Shown: positions 30,693 through 42,020 of the stretch, in pieces
Numbering within the stretch: the stretch's first letter is position 1
Layout of the letters: every line of letters starts with the position of its first letter
Origin: an uncultured Verrucomicrobiae bacterium
GTDB lineage: Bacteria > Verrucomicrobiota > Verrucomicrobiia > Chthoniobacterales > Chthoniobacteraceae
Assembly: GCA_963769025.1 (NCBI GenBank)
Contig: CAVYKI010000003.1
Span: 160,001-224,000 of the forward strand
Reading direction: 5' to 3'
DNA: 64,000 nucleotides
Notes under the pieces: generated by a model
Told to the model about the DNA's origin: nothing
Databases searched by the model: none
What the model saw: only the letters and a program-made list of their open reading frames with translations
Position numbers and translations under genes: made by a program

Positions 30693-31414
30693 GGCTTCGC
30701 ATCCTTCGCAGATGCATCGGGTGCGAGCCCCGCATCGGCAATCGCCTTTTTGGTCATGCGCGTGATGAAGACCGTCACGGCGATGGTGGCGAGCAGCCCC
30801 ACGCCATACAGCGTCCATTCCAGCGGCGTCTTCCCTTCTCCCTTCGCACCGGCGCGGGCCAGCGAGCCGAGATACACATACAACACGGTGGCCGGCAGCA
30901 TGGCGATCCACGAGGCGAGGACGTAGTGGAAAAATTTCACCCGCGTGAGTCCGAATGCGTAGTTCAGCAGCGTGAACGGGAAAGCCGGCGAGAGGCGGGC
31001 GAGCGCCACGAACTTCCAGCCGCTCTGACCCAAGGCGCGATCCAGCGCGGCGAATGAAGGCCGCCGGGCGATCCGCGCGGCGACGGCGTCACGCGCGATG
31101 AATCGGCCCACGAGAAAGGCCGCCGCAGCGCCTGCGGTCGAAGCGATGGAAACGATGGCCGTGCCCTTTGCCACGCCAAACAACGTCCCCGCCGCCAGCG
31201 TAAGGGCCGAGCCGGGGACCATCAGCACCGTGGCCACGATGTAGCACGCGATGAAGACCACCGGGCCCCACGGCCCGAGTCTCTCGACAATGCCGATCGC
31301 GCCGTTCAGCCACGCCTTGGGATCACCGAAGACGAATGCGGCGATGACGATCAGGATGAAGCCGACACCTATGGCGATCTTGCCGCGCACAGACGATGGA
31401 GGAGAGGCGGACAT
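30689..31414 (-). CDS. TVP38/TMEM64 (DedA superfamily) membrane protein
   Basis: PGSALTLAAGTLFG, ARLSPAFPFTLLNYAFGLT. Confidence 0.9.
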   Translation of the reverse strand: MSASPPSSVRGKIAIGVGFILIVIAAFVFGDPKAWLNGAIGIVERLGPWGPVVFIACYIVATVLMVPGSALTLAAGTLFGVAKGTAIVSIASTAGAAAAFLVGRFIARDAVAARIARRPSFAALDRALGQSGWKFVALARLSPAFPFTLLNYAFGLTRVKFFHYVLASWIAMLPATVLYVYLGSLARAGAKGEGKTPLEWTLYGVGLLATIAVTVFITRMTKKAIADAGLAPDASAKDAKP

Positions 31415-31520
31415 GATCGCGAGGGTGAGTTACCGTTTGTTCAGCGACAAGTGATGGCAGGCGCAATCAACGTCCGGCCCATGGCATCAGCGGACGGCGC
31501 GAAAAGGCAACCGGGAGCGT

Positions 31521-32321
31521 TCATGATTTCGGATTCTTGAAAGGCGTGACTGTCATGCCCTTGAGGTCTTGATGCTGCGGAGCATCCCACTCATCGAGGC
31601 CGAACTGGATCCCGTGCGGCTCATGGCGGAGCCGGAAGCTGCGGAACAGCCGGTCCCAGATGGAAAGCAGCGAGGAGTAGTTGGAGTCAGTCTCCGGCTG
31701 CAGGCGCGAGTGGTGCACCTTGTGCATGAACGGCGTCACAATCACCGCGCGCAGCCAGCGGTCGATCCGTGGTGGGACGGCGATGTTCGCATGGTGGAAT
31801 TGCACGACGGCAAACATCAGCATTTCGTAGAGGGCCAGTTCCTCGAGGCGCATCCCGATGAGCGCGATCACCGGGATGCGCAGGATGGATGACATGACGA
31901 TCTCCCCCGGATGAAAGCGGTTCGCAGTGGTGACATCCATGTGCGGATCCGAGTGGTGCATGCGATGGAAGCGCCAGAGGAAGGGCATGCGATGGTTCAG
32001 CCGGTGCCATCCATACATCCACGCATCAAAGACGAGGACAGCTCCGACGATTCGCACGGGAGCAGGAAGCGCGAACCAGTGCAGCAGACCGAACGCTTGT
32101 GCTTCCGACCACACCGACGCCATCGACCACAACGCCACAAAGAGGATCCCGATCACCACGGCGTTCAGAACCCCGAAGAGCACATTGCGCAGTCCATGGG
32201 CGGCCCTTTTGCCGCCGTGGAAAAAGGCGAAGAACGGCGCGATGCTCTCCCACACGAGCAGGGCGACCAGGATCGCGACGGCGCTCCACAGGCGAGCTTG
32301 CGTCCAGTCCACGTCACTCAT
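31521..32321 (-). CDS. Sterol desaturase/fatty acid hydroxylase family protein
   Basis: His boxes WHRLNH, FHRMHHS, FHH, MHKVHHS. Confidence 0.9.
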   Translation of the reverse strand: MSDVDWTQARLWSAVAILVALLVWESIAPFFAFFHGGKRAAHGLRNVLFGVLNAVVIGILFVALWSMASVWSEAQAFGLLHWFALPAPVRIVGAVLVFDAWMYGWHRLNHRMPFLWRFHRMHHSDPHMDVTTANRFHPGEIVMSSILRIPVIALIGMRLEELALYEMLMFAVVQFHHANIAVPPRIDRWLRAVIVTPFMHKVHHSRLQPETDSNYSSLLSIWDRLFRSFRLRHEPHGIQFGLDEWDAPQHQDLKGMTVTPFKNPKS

Positions 32322-33292
32322 TTCGCCGCGGCGGGCAGCGTGCTGCCGGAGTTCAAAGCGCCCGAGCAACTGCTCCCGGCGCCCGCCGTGCAGCCGAGGC
32401 AGTGATTCGCGGTGAGGATGGGAAACGCGGCGAGGGATGAAGGGGTGACGTCCCAGAGGAACAGATCCTTGCCGTTGCGCTGCTGCATCCGGAGCATCTG
32501 GTTGAAGTCACAGTCGAAGACCTCACCCCGCCAGCCGATGTTGATCGTGCTGCGGCACATGAGGCCCTCGACGGTGGCGGGATTGAAGCTGTTCGCCAGC
32601 AGATCCATGTAGGCATCCCATTGCCCGTGCGCACGCAGTTCGGCGGCGAAGCGCGCGATGGGCAGATTCGTGATGGTGAAAAGGCGCGTGAAGATGATCC
32701 CGTGGCGCCGCTTCAGTTCGCGCCGGTAGTCGTCCTCAAGTTCCGCCTGATCGGGCGGCAGCTTCGCACCGATGGGATTGTAAACGAGCGTCAGCGGCAG
32801 ACGCGTGCCGTAACCCGCCGCGTTGAGCTTTTTCAATGCGCGGATGCTTTTGGCAAAGACGCCATCCCCGCGCTGCTGGTCCACGTTTTCCTCGAGATAG
32901 CACGGGAGCGACGCGACGACTTCGACTCCATGCTGCGCGAGATAGCCGGGCAGATACGCGTGGGAATCCGTCTCGATGATGGTGAGATTGTTCCGATCGA
33001 TGACGTGCGAACCGGCCGAGCGCGCCGTCTCCACGAAGTAGCGGAAGAACTCGCTCAGTTCCGGCGCGCCGCCCGTGATGTCGACCGTGGCGGGCTTGTG
33101 CTCGGTGATCCACGCGCCGACGCGATGCGCCGTCGCCTCATCCATCATCTCGGTGCGATGCGGTCCGGCGCCGACGTGGCAATGCGTGCAGGTCTGGTTG
33201 CACTTCCGTCCGACGTTGATTTGCAGCGTGCGGAACGCACCGCGCTTCAGCGGGACGTTGTGCCTGGCGAGCTGTTCGTCGAAGCGGTTCAT
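32318..33292 (-). CDS. arsS: Arsenosugar-biosynthesis-type radical SAM protein
   Basis: LQINVGRKCNQTCTHCHV, DITGGAPE, ASLPCY, LMCR, DCDFNQML, HCLGCTAGAGSSC. Confidence 0.88.
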   Translation of the reverse strand: MNRFDEQLARHNVPLKRGAFRTLQINVGRKCNQTCTHCHVGAGPHRTEMMDEATAHRVGAWITEHKPATVDITGGAPELSEFFRYFVETARSAGSHVIDRNNLTIIETDSHAYLPGYLAQHGVEVVASLPCYLEENVDQQRGDGVFAKSIRALKKLNAAGYGTRLPLTLVYNPIGAKLPPDQAELEDDYRRELKRRHGIIFTRLFTITNLPIARFAAELRAHGQWDAYMDLLANSFNPATVEGLMCRSTINIGWRGEVFDCDFNQMLRMQQRNGKDLFLWDVTPSSLAAFPILTANHCLGCTAGAGSSCSGALNSGSTLPAAAK

Positions 33293-33309
33293 GTGCTCAT
33301 GCGAAACCG

Positions 33310-33765
33310 TTACATCCGCTTTTCCTCGATGTCATACACGTCGAACCAGACATAGACAGGGCGGTTTTTGGGGATGAACTGCGGGATGTAGCCTTCGAGG
33401 AACACCTGGAGTTCCATGGGCATGTCGCACACGCGGGTGCAGCGCATCTTGTTGTTCCATGCGACGATTTCGGCGGCGTCCTTGACCTTCGACTTTTCAA
33501 CGATCCACGCAGCGACCTCGGCATCGTCCGCGCCCGTGGCGACGAAGGCTTTGAATTCGTCCCCTGTGATCCCGGTGAAGCCGAGGAACATCTGGTCGAG
33601 CGGGCAATCGTAGTGATATTCGCCGTTCGTCCCCGCGAGCACGGCCCGGCATTTGTCGAGCGCCCGGCAGGCGACGACGAAGCCGCCGAGCGTTTCGCGC
33701 GGGCTTCGCGGGAAGGTCTTGGTGAGGTCGGGCGCGAGTTTCTTGAGTTTGTCGTTGGTGGTCAT
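33310..33765 (-). CDS. DUF5069-like protein
   Basis: DLTKTFPRSPRETLGG...RALDKCRA...GEYHYDCPLD. Confidence 0.75.
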   Translation of the reverse strand: MTTNDKLKKLAPDLTKTFPRSPRETLGGFVVACRALDKCRAVLAGTNGEYHYDCPLDQMFLGFTGITGDEFKAFVATGADDAEVAAWIVEKSKVKDAAEIVAWNNKMRCTRVCDMPMELQVFLEGYIPQFIPKNRPVYVWFDVYDIEEKRM

Positions 33766-33787
33766 GGTGGTTTTTGGATTGGAGAAA

Positions 33788-34957
33788 TTAGCAGCAGCCT
33801 GTGCCTTCGCCGCCGGTGCGGCAGTTCGAGGGTTCGGTGGTGGCGTCGTATTCCTGGCCCTTGGTTTCCTTCGGATGGCGGAGCTCCGCGCGTTCGCAGT
33901 CAAAGGGCTGCGCCGTTTCCAGCGGGATGCCGGTAAGCGGTTCGATGAAGGCGAAGTGGTCGCGATACGGCGGCTTCCGGTAGAGGTTAAAGGTCTTGTC
34001 GCACACGGCGTAGCGTTTCCCCCGCTCCATCGCGTGACCGTCGTCGTCGAGCACTTTGAGGAACGGGCCTTTGTAAATCACCGCCTGGTTGCGCTCAAAG
34101 CATGGCCCTTGCTTGCCCTTCCATGCCTGGATGGTGACGCTGCGAAACTCGATGCCCTGCACCGTCTGCCATGGCGCGGTGTCGTATTTCAAAATCTCGA
34201 TGCCATGGAATCCGGCGTCCGCGAAAGCCCGGATGAAACCTTCCTCCGTATAGGCTCCGCTGATGCAGCCGCTCCAGAGAACCGGGTCGCGTTGCAAATC
34301 CTCCGGCATGTCTTCGTCGCTGACGATGTCGGAAATGACGGCGCGACCGCCGCGCTTGAGCACGCGGAAAATCTCCTCGAAGAGCTGCCGCTTCATGCGC
34401 GTTTCGACGAGGTTCAGCACGCAGTTGGAGACGACGACATCCACGGACTCGGTGGCGACCAGGGGACGCTTCACGCGCAGGTCGGCTGCAAGGTCGTCGG
34501 CCGCGAGATAGGACGCAGCATCGGCGATCGGATGCCGGCGCAACTCGGCATCGAGCAGTTCCAGATCCAGCGCGAGATCCTGGATGCGGCCTTTGCGAAA
34601 CTCGACATTCGCATAGCCGGTGCGCTCCGCGACGATGGGCGCATTGCGCCGCGCAACTTCGAGCATCGCATCCGTCATGTCCACGCCGATGACCTTGCCC
34701 GCAGGGCCGACGACCTGCGAGGCGATGAAGCAGATCTTCCCCGTGCCGCTTCCGAGATCGAGGACGGTCTCGCCGGGGTGCAGATGCTTCGAGGGATCGC
34801 CGCAGCCGTAGTCCTTCTCGATGACCTCGGCGGGGATGATTTTCAAATACTGCGGATCGTAGCTCACCGGGCAGCACAGCGCGGCCTCGGATGCGCCCGC
34901 GGCGGCGGCGTAGCGTTCACGGATGGCGGTTTCGGCGGAGGGTTCGGTTGTTTTCAT
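33788..34957 (-). CDS. ArsM-like Cys-rich SAM-dependent methyltransferase
   Basis: LCCP, DYGCGDP, VLDLGSGTG, SNCVLNL, WSGCISGA, C-terminal GCC; two genes upstream of arsS in the same operon. Confidence 0.8.
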   Translation of the reverse strand: MKTTEPSAETAIRERYAAAAGASEAALCCPVSYDPQYLKIIPAEVIEKDYGCGDPSKHLHPGETVLDLGSGTGKICFIASQVVGPAGKVIGVDMTDAMLEVARRNAPIVAERTGYANVEFRKGRIQDLALDLELLDAELRRHPIADAASYLAADDLAADLRVKRPLVATESVDVVVSNCVLNLVETRMKRQLFEEIFRVLKRGGRAVISDIVSDEDMPEDLQRDPVLWSGCISGAYTEEGFIRAFADAGFHGIEILKYDTAPWQTVQGIEFRSVTIQAWKGKQGPCFERNQAVIYKGPFLKVLDDDGHAMERGKRYAVCDKTFNLYRKPPYRDHFAFIEPLTGIPLETAQPFDCERAELRHPKETKGQEYDATTEPSNCRTGGEGTGCC

Positions 34958-34976
34958 GCGAAAATGAGCGGTGGGG

Positions 34977-36501
34977 TCAGCGCCCACGGCGCCAGGCGAG
35001 CAACCAGGTGAACAAAGACTTTAAACGCGGAGTGAGTCGGGTGCGGTTGTATTGATCGGCCACTTTGCGGATGGCTTCCGCCTGTGTCGGATAGGGGTGG
35101 ATCGTGGCCGCGATTTTGCCAAGGCCGAGCTTGTGCGTCATCGCGAGCGTGAGTTCGGAGATCATGTCGCCCGCGTGTTCGGCGACGATGGTGGCACCGA
35201 GGATTTCATCCGTGCCCTTGCGCAGATGCACCCGCACGAAGCCTTCCGTTTCGCCATCGAGAATCGCGCGATCCACTTCGCTGAATGGCTGCGTGAACGT
35301 GGTCACTTCGATACCGCGTTCCTGTGCCTCCTTTTCATAAAGGCCGACGTGCGCAATCTCGGGCGAGGTGTAGGTAGCCCATGGAATCGTGAGCGCGCTG
35401 GTCTTTTTGCGGCCAAAGAACAGCGCATTCTGAATGACGATGCGCGCCTGGAAGTCGGCGGTGTGGGTGAACTGATGCGGCGAGCAGATGTCGCCTGCGG
35501 CGAAGATGCGGCTGTTGGCGGTGCGGAGGCGATCGTCCACCTTCACGCCCTTCCTGTCATACTGCACGCCCACGGCTTTTAGGTTCAGTCCCTCCACATT
35601 CGGCGCGCGGCCCGCGGCCACGAGGAGCCTGTCTGCGGTGATGTCGCAGCCACGGTCCGGCGAATCGATGATGATCCTCACGGTGCCGCCCTCGCCCTTG
35701 GAAATCGTCAACTCCCCGCCGCCGCCGAGCACCTGCACGCCGTCACGCTTCATGCGCTCCAGAACGATGGCCGAGGCGTCCGCATCTTCACGCGGGAGAA
35801 TGCCGCGCGTGCCCTGGATCAGGAATACTTCGCTTCCGAGGCGCGCGAAGCACTGCGCCAGTTCGCAGCCGATCGGCCCGGAACCGATCACGGCGAGGCG
35901 CCGCGGCAAGTCCGTGAGCGAGAACACGGTCTCATTCGTCAAATACGGCACTTCGCCCAAGCCACGGATCGGCGGCACCGCGGCACGCGCCCCCGTGGCG
36001 ATGACGGCGGTGTGATACTTCAACTCCGCGCCTTCCACCGCGACGCTCCCGCGATCCGTGAAGCTGGCCTGGCCGAGAAACACATCCACGCCCAGCGAGG
36101 TGAAACGCTTCACCGAGTCGTGTCGGCTGATTCCGGCGCGCAGCCGCCTCATACGCTCCATGGCGGCGGGAAAGTCCACTTTCACCTCGGAAGCCGTGAC
36201 GCCAAATCCATCGGCGTCACGCATGATGGCGGCGCGACGTGCCGCGCTGATGATCCCCTTGCTCGGCACGCAGCCGTAGTTCAGGCAGTCGCCCCCCATG
36301 AGATGCCGCTCCACGAGCGCCACCTTCGCTCCCAAAGCCGACCGCGCCCGCTGCAGTCACCAACCCCGCCGTCCCGCCGCCGATGACGACCAGATTGTAG
36401 GTCCCGGAAGGCGTTGGGTTCGTCCACTGGGCAGGATGCACATGCTGGATCAGCGCAGCGTTGTGCTCGTCGGCAGGGAGAATGAGATGCGGGGGTGGCA
36501 T
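34977..36501 (-). CDS. Class-I pyridine nucleotide-disulfide oxidoreductase (MerA/LpdA-like; frameshift near 36337)
   Basis: VIGGGTAG, GGDCLNYGCVPSK, VIGSGPIGCE, IFAAGD, HPYPTQAE; no C-terminal CC pair. Confidence 0.88.
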
Positions 36502-36932
36502 GGACGAGTCTGGAGGAATGACGAGGTTTAACTCGACCTTCGCAATGACGCACGGCCGCCGTGAGGGATGTCATCCTCGAGGCCAGCCGCAGCGAGATTC
36601 AGCCGGCAGAGGCGGCCAGTTTCGCCGGTCTGCTCGGCGGGGAGGCGGGGAAATTCCGCACAGGGGTTCTGTTCACGTTCAGCGACAACGCCGGGAATCC
36701 CGGTCCCCGACCACCTCTTCCCGAGAACGCTTCGAGATTTCACCCGGTTCATTTCCCGACTCATGCACCGAAATTCACCGACCGCAAGGTTTCGAGGCCA
36801 CGCCCGCCCGCGTCGCTCGGCCTGCGGCAGACAGGCCGCGCCAGCGGTCTTGATGGGCTTTTCTCTTGCTCCTAAAGGGCTGCGCAGTGCAGATATCTGC
36901 TGACTTTCGTCCATATTTCACCAAACAAATTC

Positions 36933-37676
36933 ATGACCGTTTCTCCTGCCCGCAGTCTGCTCACCGGCACCGCAGCCATCCTTCTCGCTCTCACTCTCGA
37001 GGGAACCGCCCACGCGGCCATGATGACTTGGGGCACTGCTCAAGCCATCTCCGGCGACAGCGACGTGAGCACGAATGGCACGCTGGTCCGGGCGTTCAAC
37101 TTCGGCAACGGCAGCGTCGCCGCCACCACGGTCAATGGCACGCTGTTCGAAGCGTTCGGCTTCACAGTGGGGTTGACCACCAAGACGGTGGGCGATTTCA
37201 CCCTGGACCTTTCCACTGGCTTCTCTCCGACTGGCAGTGCCACCAGCGACACCGTTGCGCCTTTCACCGGCCTGAGCGCTTCCTACCAGACGCTGCTGGG
37301 GCAGACGGTGAAAGACTCCCTCGGTTCCATGTCCCTGACAATGGCCGGGCTGACGGTCGGAAAGACCTATGAATTCGAGTGGTGGGCCAACCGCTCGCAG
37401 GCAAGCGCGAACCCCTCTGCAACCGAGGCTATTGCGGGCGCCAGCGTCACCCTCACCGCAAATCCCGGGACAAACGCCAGCGTGCTCGGGCAGTTTGCGA
37501 TTGGAACCTTTGTCGCCGACACCACCAGCCAAGTCGTCGACTTCGCCGGCTTCTTCGACGAGGCCATGACGAATGGATTCCAGTTGCGCGACATCACGGC
37601 CGTTCCCGAGCCCGGCACCGGGATCTTCGGGCTGGCCTGCCTCGGCCTCGCCGCACTGCGCCGCCGGCGGCGTTAA
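36933..37676 (+). CDS. PEP-CTERM exosortase-sorted surface protein
   Basis: Signal peptide; C-terminal VPEPGT + TM helix + RRRRR. Confidence 0.92.
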   Translation: MTVSPARSLLTGTAAILLALTLEGTAHAAMMTWGTAQAISGDSDVSTNGTLVRAFNFGNGSVAATTVNGTLFEAFGFTVGLTTKTVGDFTLDLSTGFSPTGSATSDTVAPFTGLSASYQTLLGQTVKDSLGSMSLTMAGLTVGKTYEFEWWANRSQASANPSATEAIAGASVTLTANPGTNASVLGQFAIGTFVADTTSQVVDFAGFFDEAMTNGFQLRDITAVPEPGTGIFGLACLGLAALRRRRR

Positions 37677-37684
37677 AAGCGCGG

Positions 37685-38416
37685 CTACTCGGCAAACAAC
37701 CGCGCAATTTCGTCCTGCATCGCCTGCGCGGCGGCGCGCGGGTCGGGTGCATTGCGAATCGGGCGGCCGACGACGATGTGATCGGCTCCGGCGAGGAATG
37801 CCTCCTCCAGCGACATCGTGCGCTTTTGATCATCGCTCCCCCGCTCGTTCGCGGCGCGGATTCCCGGCGTGATGATCAGCGGTCCGTGGCCGAGTTCGCG
37901 TCGCAGGCGCGACGCCTCCTGGCCGGAGCAGATGAGTCCGTCAATCCCCGCCTCCACCGCGCGGCGCGCGCGCATCGAGACGAGATCCTCGACGGTGCCG
38001 CTCCAGCCGAGTTCCGCGATGTCGCTCGCATCCAGGCTCGTGAGCACCGTCACGGCGAGCAGCTTCATCGCGCCCTTCACCGGCATCGCTCCGGCGTAAA
38101 TGGACGACACGCCGTGCAGCGTGCAGCAGTACGCGCCGCGCGTGGAAAGGTTCGCCACCGCGCCCCGGACGGTCGCGGGCACGTCGTAGAATTTCAGATC
38201 GGCGAACACCTTTTTACCCTGCGCCTTCAGCTCGTCGAGCACCTCGAAGTATTGCCCGCTCATGCAGAATTCGAGGCCGAGCTTGTAGAAGGTCACCGCG
38301 TCGCCGAGCCGGTCGATCCACGCGAGCGCGTCGGCCTTTGTCGGCACGTCGAGTGCGAAGATGAGGCGGTCCTGTGGTGCGATGGATTTTGTCGAGAGCA
38401 GTGAGCGGTCGGCCAT
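37685..38416 (-). CDS. pyrF: Orotidine-5'-phosphate decarboxylase
   Basis: LIFALD, FADLKFYDVPATV, VTVLTS, TPGIR, VVGRPI. Confidence 0.97.
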   Translation of the reverse strand: MADRSLLSTKSIAPQDRLIFALDVPTKADALAWIDRLGDAVTFYKLGLEFCMSGQYFEVLDELKAQGKKVFADLKFYDVPATVRGAVANLSTRGAYCCTLHGVSSIYAGAMPVKGAMKLLAVTVLTSLDASDIAELGWSGTVEDLVSMRARRAVEAGIDGLICSGQEASRLRRELGHGPLIITPGIRAANERGSDDQKRTMSLEEAFLAGADHIVVGRPIRNAPDPRAAAQAMQDEIARLFAE

Positions 38417-38534
38417 GGTGCGCAGCGAAATGACGGATGCCCGCGCGGGTGGCAATCGGTTTCCGCCTTGCGGGACATCGCGCGGGCGCTACTCTCCGCG
38501 GCCCCAAGGCCAGACCTCGGGTAAAAACACGTAA

Positions 38535-39824
<1,290 letters not shown>

Positions 39825-39849
39825 TCCCGCGATCAGATTTGCGGGCACA

Positions 39850-40600
39850 ATGACCAAGGACTCCCAAGCCGCAGCCACCCGAGAGCCGGACGCCCCGGCG
39901 CACAAGACGCCGCGGCACATCGCCATCATCATGGATGGCAACGGCCGCTGGGCGAAGGAGCGCGGGCTGCCGCGGCTGAAGGGCCATGAGCGCGGCGCGG
40001 CGACCGTCCGCGCCGTGACCGAGGAGTGCGTGGCGCAGGGCGTCGAGTTCCTCACGCTCTACGCCTTTTCCACGGAAAACTGGAAGCGGCCCGACGAGGA
40101 AGTGAGCGGCCTGTGGATGCTGCTCGAACATTTTCTCGCGCAGGAACTGCCGGTGATGATGAAGAACGGCGTGCGCCTCCGCACCATCGGCCGCACTGAC
40201 GAACTGCCCGAAAATACACGCGCAAAAGCTCGCCGAGACCATCGCGGCAACCGCGGACAATCCCGCGACGACGCTCATCCTCGCGCTGAATTATTCGTCC
40301 CGCACGGAACTGACCGACGCCGTCCGCACGCTCTGCACGGACGCTGCCGCCGGAAATCTCGATCCGGCGACCATCACGCCGGAGGTGATCGGCTCGCGCC
40401 TTTACACCGCGAATTTCCCCGACCCCGATCTGCTCATCCGCACCTCCGGTGAGATGCGGCTGTCGAACTTCCTGCTCTGGCAGCTCAGCTACGCGGAATT
40501 TTACATCACGCCGAAGCTCTGGCCCGACTTCGGAAAACAAGACTTGCGCGCCGCCATCGCCGAGTTTCACAAACGCGAACGCCGTTTCGGCGGAATCTAA
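39850..40600 (+). CDS. uppS: Undecaprenyl diphosphate synthase (frameshift near 40227)
   Basis: HIAIIMDGNGRWA, YAFSTENWKRP, PDLLIRTSGEMRLSNFLLWQ, ERRFGG. Confidence 0.95.
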
Positions 40601-40601
40601 A

Positions 40602-42020
40602 ATGCCCAAAGGTCAAACTGTCCTCGTTGTCGACCCCGATACGGACTTCCTCAGTTGGGCGGTGAAGCAACTCACCGTCTCAGAGTTGCGCGTACTTTCC
40701 GCGACGCATGCGGACGAGGCGTTCAAGATTTTCAGCCGGGAATCGCCCGACCTCGTCATCGCGGACACGCACCTCGAGCCTTACACCGGGCAGCAACTGC
40801 TCACGCGCATCCGCGAACACGACTCGAACGCATTCGTCCTGCTCATCAGCCAGTACGGCACCACGCAGGCCGTCATCGAGGCGATGAAGCTCGGCGCTTT
40901 CGACTTCCTCCGAAAGGAGAGCCTCCCCTTCAACTTCCGCGCCGTCGTGGAGACGACGCTCAAGGAGCAGCGCGCGACCAAAGCCGCCCGTGCCTCGCGC
41001 CCGCAACTTACCGTCGAGCAGCATCAGGACAGCATCGTCGGCCAGAGCGAGGCGATGCAGCAGGTCTTCAAGCTCGTCGGCCGCGTCGCGCACTCGGACG
41101 CGCCCGTGATGATCACCGGCGAGAGCGGCACCGGCAAGGAACTCGTCGCCCGCGCCATCCATCATTACTCGGCGCGGAGCGCGAAGAGCTTCATCGCCAT
41201 CAACTGCGCGGCGATCCCCGAGCAGCTGCTGGAGAGCGAGCTCTTCGGCCACGAGAAAGGCGCATTCACCGGCGCGACCGGCCAGCGCATCGGGCGCTTC
41301 GAGCAGAGCAACGGCGCCACGCTTTTCCTCGACGAAATCGGCGACATGCCGCTCACGCTGCAGGGGAAAATCCTCCGCGTCCTGCAGGATGGCGAACTGT
41401 CCCGCGTCGGCGGCAACGACGTCGTGAAGACGAACGTCCGCATCATCACCGCGACGAACAAGAACCTCGAGACGGAGGTCTCCTCGAAGCGCTTCCGCGA
41501 GGATCTGTTCTACCGGCTCAATGTCGTGCGCGTGCAGCTCCCGCCGCTGCGCCAGCGCATCGAGGACATCCGGCTGCTCGCCGAATATTTCGTGCAGCGC
41601 GTCTCCGAGGAAAAACATCTGCCGCGCCTGAAGCTCAGCGAGGAAGCCGTTCGCGTGCTCGAAGGACACTCGTGGCCCGGCAATGTGCGCGAGCTGGAGA
41701 ACACCATCCAGCGCGCCTGCGTGCTCGCGACCGGCGACATTTTGCTGCCAAAGGACATCCCGCTCGGCGTCGCCAGCAGCGAGCCGGTTCCGACCGGTTC
41801 CATTCAAAAGGAGGAAGCCATCGAGGCGCTCCTGCGTGTCGCGCAGAGCGATCCGACCATCGAGCTGCTCCCGTGGCTGGAGCGCGAATTCACCGTTCAC
41901 GCGATGCGGCAGACGCGCGGCAACCAGGTGCAGGCCGCAAAGCTCCTCGGCATCACGCGCGCGACATTGCGCAAGCGGCTTGAGCGATTCGGCATCACCC
42001 GCGAGCTGATCGTGCAGTGA
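40602..42020 (+). CDS. Sigma-54-dependent response regulator (NtrC family)
   Basis: Receiver domain; ITGESGTGKE, ESELFGHEKGAFTGA, WPGNVREL; Fis-type HTH. Confidence 0.95.
   Translation: MPKGQTVLVVDPDTDFLSWAVKQLTVSELRVLSATHADEAFKIFSRESPDLVIADTHLEPYTGQQLLTRIREHDSNAFVLLISQYGTTQAVIEAMKLGAFDFLRKESLPFNFRAVVETTLKEQRATKAARASRPQLTVEQHQDSIVGQSEAMQQVFKLVGRVAHSDAPVMITGESGTGKELVARAIHHYSARSAKSFIAINCAAIPEQLLESELFGHEKGAFTGATGQRIGRFEQSNGATLFLDEIGDMPLTLQGKILRVLQDGELSRVGGNDVVKTNVRIITATNKNLETEVSSKRFREDLFYRLNVVRVQLPPLRQRIEDIRLLAEYFVQRVSEEKHLPRLKLSEEAVRVLEGHSWPGNVRELENTIQRACVLATGDILLPKDIPLGVASSEPVPTGSIQKEEAIEALLRVAQSDPTIELLPWLEREFTVHAMRQTRGNQVQAAKLLGITRATLRKRLERFGITRELIVQ

Noticed and set aside
32318..32420. Selenocysteine in the ArsS C-terminus
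   Set aside because: The motif reads AGSSCSG with an ordinary Cys codon; no in-frame UGA recoding is needed.
34977..36501. Mercuric reductase (merA) / mercury resistance
   Set aside because: No C-terminal vicinal CC pair, no NmerA domain and no merR/T/P nearby; the context is the arsS operon.
36502..36932. Small gene or riboswitch upstream of the arsenic operon
   Set aside because: The short ORFs lack motifs and I recognise no RNA structure; treated as a divergent promoter region. An Rfam scan would settle it.
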